Below are positions 1-10,164 of a stretch of 64,000 bases of DNA, piece by piece (the stretch's first letter is position 1; each line of letters begins with the position of its first letter). The translations under genes were made by a program, and so were the position numbers. The notes beneath the pieces were generated by a model. That model worked only from the letters and a program-made list of their open reading frames with translations. It was not told where the DNA came from and searched no databases. The DNA is from Vicugna vicugna (Eukaryota): contig MU058636.1 of assembly GCA_013265495.1 (NCBI GenBank), positions 558,001 through 622,000 of the forward strand, in the 5' to 3' direction.

Positions 1-149
1 AAAAGGAAATCCTCTGGACACATTGATGTTACTACAGTGAAATCATTCCAAGGTAATAGTTTCACATTCTTCATAGCATGAGTTCCTAGAATAATGTAGC
101 TGCTAAAATAGCATAACTCTGACCCATGTCATATTTTGTTTTATGTTAA

Positions 150-462
150 TTTAGGTCATTTTAACCATTTTGAAGTTACAGTTCAGTGGCATTAAGTATA
201 TTCATGATAATATATAACCCTCCTCACTGTTTACTTCCAGAATTTTTTCATCTTCCCAAACAGGAAATCTGTAGCCATTAATTCCTCATGCCCAGCCCTA
301 ACATACTCTGTGTATTTGCCCAGTCTTGGTACCTCACGTAAACAGAATTACACAGTATTTGTCCTTTGCGTCTAGCTTATTTCACTCAGCATAACGTGTT
401 CAAGGCTCATCCGTGTTGCAGCTTGTGTCTAAGGCTGAGTAACATTACTCCAGTAAATGTTT
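150..462 (-). mobile_element. Old L1 (L1MB-like) 3' end, left part
   Basis: Typical antisense L1M 3'UTR text: ttttgaagttacagttcagtggcattaagtatattca ... cttatttcactcagcataacgtgttcaaggctcatccgtgttgcagc. Confidence 0.75.
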
Positions 463-904
463 TGTGGAGGAGGACAGAAAGCTTTCCTTGACCCTCTCAG
501 AGTCCCTCACTGGGTCTGAAAGAGACAGACCAGCAGAAGAGCGTACAAATGTGTTTATACAAGTTCTCTCTGACTCTGGATCCTTCACCAGGGGAAATGG
601 TGAAACCTGAATGTTTTATGCTGCGTTTGAGGAAGAGGGGGCCCCGGGAAGGTGTGCTAGGCTGGTGGGGGGAGCTCAGTGTGGGGAGCTGCGGGACTCC
701 GCGAGGCTGGTCCGTCCAGATTCCCTCTGTGTATGGGGGGTGAGGGTCCTCTCACCTGAAGGTCTTAACCTGCTTCAGGGGGGACGGGCAAGAGGAGGTC
801 GCAGACACCTTCCTGCTCCTGCCATCTTCTCAGACTCCTTCAGCTTACCCTGCTCAGTCCGCCAAGGTGCCGCATTTGGGGGCAGCGTGTCCTGATCCCC
901 GTGG
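463..904 (-). mobile_element. ERV1-class solo LTR (MER34/MER39-like) inserted into the L1
   Basis: The right end gccaaggtgccgcatttgggggcagcgtgtcctgatcccc is the reverse complement of the recalled MER34/39-type LTR start. L1 sequence stops before it and resumes after it. Confidence 0.6.
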
Positions 905-1040
905 GCACGTCCTGCGTCTTGTTCATCATCCGTCCATTGTCAGGCGTTTGTGTCGTTCCCGCCTTCCAGCTGTGGGTGACACTGCTGTGAACGTGGCGGG
1001 TCACGTTTCTGTCTGGGTGTTTATTTTGGAACGTGCCTCC
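905..1040 (-). mobile_element. Old L1 3' end, right part (GC-shifted)
   Basis: ttgttcatcatccgtccattgtcaggcgtttgtgtcgttcccgccttccagctgtgggtgacactgctgtgaacgtgg corresponds to the L1 antisense motif ttgtttatccattcatc...gctgctatgaacat. Confidence 0.6.
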
Positions 1041-1169
1041 CTCCCTCTTTCTCTTAGGATAGAAAATGCTTTGTGAGTAACTCTTTCTTCCCAAGGTAGT
1101 CCAGGACTGGCCATTTTGCTGTTCTCGAGTGAGGTAATACTTCCACGGGGAAGAGCGTCCTACGTGAAG

Positions 1170-1530
1170 GTCTAGGTCAGCTCGTTAGAGGAGCGCGTAG
1201 GGCTTCACGCCTCCTTGTGACACCATCTCTGCGTGACGGCGGCCGCAACCGTGCACCTGCGGGTGCTTGGGTGGACGCGAGGAGAGACGGCCGGTGGGGG
1301 TTTGGTGAGAGCTGTGCGTGTCAGCGTGGGCGAGACCCCACTGTTTCCCAGGAGGCTTGGCTGTCGCGCGCCTCCCTGGAGCCTCAGCCCCGGGAGCCCT
1401 GGCGTGCAGGCTGGGGCGCCCAGACGCGGCCCCCGGCGCCCCGCAGGACGGCTGTCTGGTTGACGTGCGGGGCCGCACGCGGGAGCCCAGCCAAGTCAGG
1501 AGGGAAGTGGTCGGGCAGCCAGCGGATTCT
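1170..1530. promoter_or_regulatory. Small intronic CpG-rich island
   Basis: Dense CpG and high GC, e.g. gacgcggccccggcgccccgcaggacgg and gacgtgcggggccgcacgcggg. Confidence 0.5.
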
Positions 1531-3030
1531 GTTGTGGGTTCTTCCCTCTCTCTTGATTCTCATATTTGAAAATCGCGGAACGAAGGGCATCTTCTCTGTT
1601 TCGCTGGTGCTCCCGCAGTCCTGGGACCTGGAGAAAGCGCCTTTGCTTCTGTTTCCCAGTCAGGAAAAGGTACCCTGTTCTGCTCCCAGGGCTGGAGGGA
1701 GGTGGTGGTCTTTGCTCACGATAGTCGAGTATTAATCCATTAACCACAGCTGAGCTCCTGACAAAGAAGTGTGACCTTTCAAATTATCTGAACTGTCTGC
1801 TGTATGTCACATTTTACCTTTTTAGAGAAGTGCTAATTCATGTTAAGTCCGCCTGAGAGATCTGTTTAATGAGCAGATTAAGCGGATGATTATCCCTCTC
1901 TTAATTTTTTTTTTAAGGAAGGGCTGCTTGAGATGCCTCTTGTCTGTTTGGCAAAGGAACACAGAAAGGTCTTTTTGAAATTCCCCCTGCAGGGTCACAG
2001 GGGCCCAGGCTGTTTGCCTCATTAAACCCTGGTGGCTTCTTTAGAGCCAACTCCCTCCAAATCAGCCGGACACAATTGTATCTAAATTAGCATCTGAGCG
2101 ACCCCCTTTCTCTCTCTCCGGGTTTCCAGCCCCAGCTGACAGGGATTGGCAAAAGATGTTAATTGGTTGGGCCTGGCTCCGAACAATAGACTTGCCAAGT
2201 TGACAAAAGAACTAATGTTTCTTTCAGTCGGCACCCAGATTCACACAAGTACCTCTTTTAATTACGAGGAATTATTGTAATACCTGGTCAATGGAGTAAT
2301 TGACCCTCAACAGCCAGCGCTTGTTCTGGAATAGCTAACGGCACAGGCCTGGTCAGAGTCGCAGGACCCGGGGTGACGCAGAGTCCCCCGGCGGGGACTA
2401 AAAAGAGATTTTCTGAGCCAGCCTTCTGATGTCCCAAGGCGGCCCAGTGGGAGTCCGAGCGAGAGGACTCTGGGGCTTAACTGGGAGGAAACGCGCAGGA
2501 AGCCACTCGAATCTACCCTTAGAATCATAACGGAGGCGCAGGACCGCGTTTGGGGGTTGGAAAGGAGTCAGGAGCTCGGCAGCGATAGGATTTAGGTCAA
2601 AGGCAGCTTCACAGGTAGGGACATTCCAAAGCAGTGGCTTCTACGCAGGAAAACACAAGGCTCATTTCCAGCCTACCCCTCAGCTCCCCGCTTTTAAAAA
2701 AGGGACATTTTTATTTCAGATGTTAGGTTACGTGAGTCCCCAGATCTCGTGTCACCTCACTCTCTATCACAAATCACCGTAGAGAGGATCAAGGTTCTGG
2801 AGAATTTGTTTTGCGAAATTGACTCTGTCTGCTGTGCCATGGTGAATTCCCACCTGTCAGCTACTTTCTCATTCTAATCAAGGCTAGTGTTTTCAGCTAG
2901 GATTCCTCCCGCATCATAATAGCAGTCAGGTGCTACCTGGTGTTTGGCTGTCACGGTTCACATGCAGCCTTTATTCAGTGATGCTAACACTCCACTCCAG
3001 GTGGGAGAGGTCGATGGTACCACAAAACCA

Positions 3031-3227
3031 CTGCAGTGCATTGGGTAAGGTGTGGCGCTTCAGATCAGACAGAACCGGGTCCCCCTCCCACCTTGGCTAC
3101 ATTCAGCCTGTATGATCTTAAGCAAGTTACTAAAATGCCTACATGTAAGTGTCTGCCTTGAAAAAGGGGTGCAGTGATTTTTTTAAATGCTTATTTCATA
3201 GAGCAATTGCAGAGTTAAATGAAATAA
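3031..3227 (+). mobile_element. MIR SINE, interrupted at its 3' end by a younger SINE
   Basis: tgatcttaagcaagttactaaaa ... atttcatagagcaattgcagagttaaatgaaataa resembles the MIR core and 3' part. Confidence 0.55.
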
Positions 3228-3237
3228 GCTCACCTTT

Positions 3238-3342
3238 CTTTAAAATAATTATTTTTTGTGTGTGTGGAGGTACTGGGGATTGAACCCAGGACCTCGTGCA
3301 TGCTAAGCATGCGCTCTACCGCTGAGCTTTACCCATCCTACC
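3238..3342 (-). mobile_element. tRNA-Ala-derived camelid SINE (Vic-1 type) with TSD
   Basis: Reverse complement reads ggatgggtaaagctcagcggtagagcgcatgcttagcatgcacgaggtcctgggttcaatccccagtacctcca plus an A-rich tail, with A and B boxes. TSD is aagctcaccttt (3226-3237) / aagctcatcttt (3343-3354). Confidence 0.88.
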
Positions 3343-5642
3343 AAGCTCATCTTTAATTTTTTATTTTATTCAACGCAGCACCTGGTAAATAGTGGCACAG
3401 ACACGCCACCTGTTACACTAATGCCAGGAAGTGATGGGAGGTGCTTTCTGCACTGATTGCTTGCTGTTTGACTCTGAAAGCCTGCACCTTCCCAGGGTGC
3501 CTCACTGTCAGCGTATCACTAGAGTTTAATGGAAAATATGATGCAAAGATGTTGAAAAATAAAATACGAATTGCTTATTTCCATCTTTTAAAACAGCAGA
3601 TGAGAAAAAATGTCACTCATTAAGCCACATTCTGATCTTTTTAACCAGGAAATGATTTGCCTTTCATAAAACTAGGATTTACTTATTTCTAACAAGTTTC
3701 TATCAGGGGAAGGTGAACATTTAAGCAAGACATCGATTGTTATTTCTCAAGGTAGCTATCTGTCTGCCACAAGGAGAAGGCACTGTTTACTCACTGTGTC
3801 GCAGGTGTGAAGAACTTTTCAGGCTTCAGATGTCTCAATCAGCAGTCTGTTTGTGTTTGGATTTTTGATCTGGTGAGAAAGCTGTCTTGAAGAATGAAGT
3901 TCTCTGAGGTTAACATGGGTAAATATTTTAAAAAATGACTGCCCAAGAAAACCCAAGTTTCTTGAAGTGACTTAGGGCACGAATGTAGGTTACCAGTTCC
4001 TTCTGGGCTTCGTCTGAAACCTGCCTGGGTTCTAATCACAGAGCGTGGATTCTTCATCAGAAAGCGTTCCAGGGCACCTCCGAAGCCTGAGTTCTCATCC
4101 GGCTTCGCTGGTCAGCAGTTCTGACCCTCGGGCTGACCGTTTAGCCAGGCCCTGGGATCTGTTCCCTCAACTGTAAAATGCGGAACTGGAACCAGAGGGG
4201 CTCAGATGACGCCTCACCAAGCTGACACACAGACTGGGCGTCACAGCGCCGGCCCAGGAGGCGCTCCAGCCAGCACCCGGCTTGGTCTTTGTGCAGTCGC
4301 AGCTTCAGGACTCTTAACACCTGCGGGCTCTTCTTTTGGCGCCCAGAGTCTTTCACTTGCCTGATTCTGCCCCCGCATCTCTTTCCATCTTCCTTGCTGG
4401 CCCTTCTTTCCTGTTCGGCCTACAAAGGTGGTGCTCCTTACAGAAGCAGTCAGCCCAGGTTTAGCTGAGCTTGGTCTGAGGCACCTGCATGCATGTCGCC
4501 AGCAAGCCCGCAGACGAAAGGAAAGGGTATGGCTGGAAACCAGGTTTGCCAATGGTTATAGTCGTGGAAACATGTGGCCTCATACAAAGAAAACAGAGGA
4601 GAACACAGAGAAAGATAAACTTGCGGAACGTCGACATTTAGTAGGTGGTTGTATTTTGGGAAAGCCCAGGATGAAAGTGAAGAAATACTGACAAGTACTG
4701 AAAGAAGCAGGAAAACAAAGAGGCGTGCTCCTCCGAGTTCAGTCCAGTCCTTGGCGGATTTTGTCTCTCTCCTTCTGGTCGTCCCTTCAGCGCCCGTGTT
4801 CCCACTAAACAGAAATGCTGACCGCGCGGCCCTGAGTCTCCAGCTGTCGCCTCTTCCAGGCAGACCGAGCGCAGAGGCGGGCTGGGTCTGTCTCCCTGAC
4901 GTGTGTCTTCAGGGACCGCGTCCTCCTTGCTTTTGTAACCGCGGTGCCCAGCACCAAGTAGGGTTTCAGAAATATGTAGTAAATTGAGGCGAGCTCTCAA
5001 GTTTCCTCCCAGAAAGAGAATTCTGTCTTCTCTACCCGCACTTTGCGTCCATTATCATAATGTTGAAACAAAAACATGAAACACATCCACGGAATTTTTC
5101 TTTACAGAATCATAGATGTGGGGGAATTATTTGCTGAAACCCAAGCTTCAGTTCAGTCCCGACTCTGTTCCTTGAGTAACATTAAGCCCATGCTATTTAT
5201 CAGCCCTGGGCTGGGTTTTGAAAACATTTTCCACCAACTGTGAGTCAGATGGAAATACAGGAAGGGAAATGGAGACTTTAATAAAGGCAAACAATGTGAG
5301 AGAAAAGGGGGAAAAATGATGTGGGCAATTTTCACGTAACTCGTCCTAACTAGGCCTTTGAACTGGCTCCTTCCCTGGCTACAGCCAGGCTCCCAGGCCG
5401 GGGGAGCAGCCCTTCCAGAGAGGGCAGGCTGGAGGCAGAGCGCAGCAGGTAGGGGCTGCGGGCCTCACTTGGCTGCTCCCCCTTGGAGGAGAAAGGCTGC
5501 CCCAGCAGCACTGGCCTGGCCTTCAGAGACCGGCCCTGGCTTGTGAATCAGCCTCGCCCGTGCTCTCCTGAGGTCGCTTGCCCGCTGAGAACCCTGTAGA
5601 CTGGGTCAGTCAGACACGGGGTTCTGCTTAAAATGCATCACG

Positions 5643-5815
5643 GATATGATAGGTCAATGACTAGGACCTACTGCAGAGCACGGAGAAGTGTATTCAGTAT
5701 CTCCCAATACCTTATGATGGAAGCGATCTGAAAAAGAATGTATGTATGTGCCTGAATCACCTTGCTGTACACCTGAAACTGACACGCACTGTAAATCAAC
5801 TATACTTCAATTTTT
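5643..5815 (+). mobile_element. L1 3' terminal fragment (cetartiodactyl-type)
   Basis: ggacctactgcagagcacggagaag...gaatcaccttgctgtacacctgaaactgacacgcactgtaaatcaactatacttcaat matches the L1 3' end seen in other copies in this window. Confidence 0.85.
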
Positions 5816-5978
5816 AAATAATTTTTTAAATGTTTAAAATTTAATTTAATTTTTTGCCAGGAGTAGGAGGTAACAAGGTTTATTTATTTATTATTTTTTA
5901 AATGGAGGTGCTGGGGACTGACCCAAGGCCTCATGCATGCTCAGCACCCACTTTACCACTGAGCTATACCCACCCCCC
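5816..5978 (-). mobile_element. Vic-1-type SINE inserted at the tail of the L1 fragment
   Basis: atggaggtgctggggactgacccaaggcctcatgcatgctcagcacccactttaccactgagctatacccacccc, with a tttatttattta linker and T-rich tail. cttcaattttt is repeated on both sides as a TSD. Confidence 0.85.
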
Positions 5979-6728
5979 ATGCTTCAATTTTTTTTTAAAA
6001 AGTGCATCATGGGATGTACTGTTTGAAGCATGTGTCTGAGCCACATTGGAGGAAATTTTTGAGAACACCTCAGTCCTTTATTCCCATGAGCAAATGGAAG
6101 CCTGGACACGGGACGGTTGTGGGCAGTATGGGGGCAGCACACCCAGCCTGGAAGCCCACGTGGGTCATTCTCAGCCGGTGGTTGTACCAGTTCCAGAGGT
6201 GGTTTTAACCCTTAACCCTGAACAGGGTATGGTAGGGCCGTCATTGTCCTTATTTGTGAATTAATTTGCTCCTGCTTTTTCTGTTTGCCTCCTCTAATTT
6301 CTAGTTTACTTGAATTAATTTCTTTTTCTCTATATATCTTATTGGCTCACGTCAGGCGTGGACTCAGAGATGGTGTATTGAGCCCTTGCCTGGTCCTAGG
6401 CAGTGTCTGGGGCCCGTTTCCTGGTTTCTCCGGCACCTGCATCCTTCCCATGAGTCTCCTTCTCGGTCTAAGTCCTCGAGTCTCACGTTCATTCTGACCC
6501 TTTAGCGCATGAACAGACGGCACTCAAATCAAAACAACGAGAGTCCAGCCACCCACACCCAGGAGCAGCCTCTCCGTGTGGACAGAGTTTCCGTGTCTTT
6601 GAGAAGATCATCGTCCTAGTGCCCTCCCGGCCAGCGCAGGGTCTTCTCTGTCCTGGACGTCGATCTGGACACAGTTCATCAAAGCTGAGCCCACATGTTC
6701 AGCATAGTGACATTATATCAACACCAGG

Positions 6729-6838
6729 TTTTTTTATTCACGTGAAGTTGACTTACAGTGTTGTGTTAGTTTCAGGTGCACAGCACAGTGATTCAGTTAT
6801 ACACATGTATATATTCTTCTTTATATTCTTTTTCATAT
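6729..6838 (-). mobile_element. Short L1 3' terminal fragment
   Basis: gtgaagttgacttacagtgttgtgttagtttcaggtgcacagcacagtgattcagttatacacatgtatatattc. Confidence 0.8.
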
Positions 6839-9219
6839 TGTCTGCACTTCATAAAGAACTTGAGAAAGAGAGGGAATAAGTAACTTGCTGTCCGCACACA
6901 GCTGTTGAGATGCAAGGCTGGTTCAGTCGTGGGTCTGACTGGTTCGGACCAGCTACCCGAGGTCACTATGCTGCATGACTGTTACATCGTCAGTGGGTGG
7001 CCAGGCCAATTAGAATACACACAAGTAACTGTAACTTCAGGAACGACCACTAATTAGTGTTGAAGGATCACTTAGTAGAAGATTCTGTCTTGGTGAAGTT
7101 TAGGAATAGCATGGCTCTCCTGTACTGGTAGGTATGTAAAGAAAGAAGTCTTCCCCACCCCAGTTAAGTACAGAAGCTCATTCTTCAGAATGGGACACAC
7201 AATGCTGAAGGGTTAATTGACGTATCATAGTCCTGGTCTGGAACAGAACAAGATGCCTTATTTAATTCTAAAATTTCTTAAATGTCTGAAAATAGTTTTT
7301 ATGCTTTGAGTATCAGAGGCCCCAAGAGATGGCTGGCCATGGAGAAGGATGGGGAAAAACAAGGGAAGGTGGATGTTTGAAGAGAGTAATTATCTGTAGA
7401 GGGACATATGTTTTTAGATTCAGTGAATTCAACTTTTATGAAGTGAAAATCTGGCCAAACCACATAAATGGACGCGAACTGGCTGCCAGATAAAGAGCGT
7501 TGTCGGCATGAGAAGGCACTGGAGCGGCCTGTGGGGGAGGCTTCCCAGGGCCTCTGATGAACGGAAAACACTCCGAGATGCTGGGGGCGCGTGAGTGACA
7601 GACGGGAGGTTTTCTTGGGGAGAACTCGGTTACGAAAATAGGAGGGAGGGACTTCTGTAACAGAAATGAGGAAGCCAAAATGTTAGATGTGCCGACTGGA
7701 CTCTATAAGTGTCCGACTACGTGATACTCCAGGTGTGAGGTTACCTGCTGGTGGAGACGACCTAGTGGCACAGAGTCAGACCCACGGTTGAGAACAAGAG
7801 AGGGACCGATGTGGTGTGGACCATTCCACGATGTGAAATGGCATCTGTTACCCGCAGCACCAAAGCGAAACCCAGGAAGAGGACCCACTGTCACCCCGGC
7901 GGGAAAGAGCAGATGTGTACGTGGTGGATGTTACAGTGGCTTGGTTTATGGAAGATTTGCTCCAGTTTGTGAATTCACGAGTCAGCGCGCACAGACGTGG
8001 GTGCAGTGACACCAAGGGCAGCGTGATTGCCTGTGTTATGGTTGGTACTTGGTGCCCGTCCGTCCCCGGACGTTTCACTGCATTTTGGACCTCACTTGCA
8101 TCATGGCATTCGTTAGGGGGTGACCCTATTTATTCCTGTGATTACTTTAAATTAATTTCCTATGTATTCTTCATTAAAAAATTACTAAAGAAAGCAGATT
8201 GCTAACCTGGGGTTTGGTGCTGGAGTGGAGGTTAAAGAGTAGGAAAAAGAAGTTTAAAATGCTGTTTTTAAGGCTGTTCATACATATGATCCTAAAAATA
8301 AGTACGAGCACGTGTCACTTGGGACTTTATAAGTCAGTGAGTTGGAGGATGGCGCCGCCCAAGACAAGGAACTTGCTTTTTTAACTGAGCTAAATGCTGC
8401 CTTCAAAGTAAGTGAAATTCACATTGAAAGGAATGTATATGTCTCCAGATATGATGCCGCCCAAGTTTTTAATATATTCTGCTCCAAGATTATACACTAT
8501 TTTTTGTTTTACTGGAAGTGTTTAGGGGAGCTCATAATCAAGGTCAAGATTTAGAAGGAGGGAAAAACTGCCCACGTTCATCTTGGGAAAAACACAAGGA
8601 AGGTCTTGGCGAAGGCGTTCAGCATCGCGGCAAATGCCTCGTCCTTCTCTTTCCCTTGATTCCTATGTGTGATCCTTGAGTTAAGGGGGAAAAGGGGGTT
8701 GTGAGTACTTTTCAAGAGTGAACTAACTGTAGGATGTGAGACTGTGCACACAGCATGACTTCCAGTTCTTTCTAGGTATTTTAAAAGTAATACCTGATGA
8801 ATGCTGTACGTGCACGTGCGCACCCACGCACACACCGATTTTAGTAACGTGGAGGAAACCTAGTCCGTTTCCTGAGAGTGTTACTGGCATTTATGTCCGT
8901 AAAGGGTGGTCATTCCCATGAGACTGGCTCCCCCCCCCCACAGGAGCTCTGGCTCCCCCGCCTGCTGCTTTGACAGTAGACATAGCTCCAGAGCTTGGAG
9001 CCTTGGCCACAGTTATGTGACTGATTCCCTAGAATGCATGTCAGCAAGCATTTATTGCATATCTCCTATTTCCAAGGCTCGATGCTGCATGCTGATTATT
9101 CGCGCTTATGTTTTAATCGACCAAGGATTAATTTTTAAATATAGAACTTTGCTTGGTTATCATTATGACTATTTCCTTGATTGTGACCTTCTAAATGTAT
9201 TTTGAATTTTATTGTTAAA

Positions 9220-9455
9220 ATTTTTTAACATTTTTTAATTGAAGTACAGTCAGTTTACACTGTTGTGTCAATTTCTGGTGCACAGCATCGTGTTTCAGTC
9301 CTGCATGTACATACACGTGTTCCTTTTCATACTCTTTTTCATTATAGGTGGCTACAAGATACTGAATGTAGTTCCCAGTGCTGTGCAGTAGGACCTTGTT
9401 GTTATCTACTGCATATATGGTAGTTCGTGTCTGCAAATCTCGAACTCCCAGTTTA
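9220..9455 (-). mobile_element. L1 3' terminal fragment
   Basis: ttgaagtacagtcagtttacactgttgtgtcaatttctggtgcacagc...tctgcaaatctcgaactcccagttta; same family as the copies at 41.4 kb and 58 kb. Confidence 0.88.
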
Positions 9456-10120
9456 GTAAATAACACTTTTCTTTTAAATGTTTGATTGTTCTTGTTACAA
9501 TTTGCATGTGTCTACTACAGAGTATATGACGTATTATGAAAGCCACGCTGAAGCCGTTGGCTTTATTTGTCATCACTGATAACGTTTTAACATCTGGGGT
9601 TAATGTGATTTGTAGCTGAGTGTCCCACCTCCTTTGAACTGTATTCAGACCATTATACTCCGGAGATTGGAGGTATTTGGGTTCTGGCCTTGTGTTTAAG
9701 AGGTAAGAGTGTATTCCTGTGCTGAGGGGGCCGGTCCGAGGGAGCGTTCCCTGAGCTCTTGGTCAGCCGGCAGTGCTGGCAGCGGTGGGAGGGAATCTGG
9801 GTCCTCTGCTCCTCTGCTCTCTGCAGGAGTGTGAGAGACACCACGTGTGAGTGACACTTTTCCGGGAAACGCACCCTCACTCAGCCCCTTCTACTTCTGA
9901 CTCACCCTTACCTGGTAGCGCTGACCTCCTCAGTCCTTTGACTCCAGCCTCACACAAGTCTGCGGCCAGCTCCCAATTCCAACTCCCACGAGCCTTTTCC
10001 GTCTCTTTCTTGTAGACCGCTCTGTGGTTTGTTGGGGTTTTTAAGCTCGCTCCTTCTTTTGCATCTTTAAAGCCATCTTCCCCTGCGGCCTCCATCCTCC
10101 AGCCAGCCCTTCTCACGCTC

Positions 10121-10164
10121 CATCTGGGCCCCTCTCCCGCCTCATCTGGGCCCCTCTCCCGCCT
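10121..10164. repeat. Perfect 22-bp tandem duplication
   Basis: catctgggcccctctcccgcct occurs at 10121-10142 and again at 10143-10164. Confidence 0.95.

Noticed and set aside
3265..3338. tRNA-Ala(AGC) gene
   Set aside because: The acceptor stem does not pair properly, the anticodon stem has a mismatch, and there is an A-rich tail with TSD and several diverged copies. It is a SINE.
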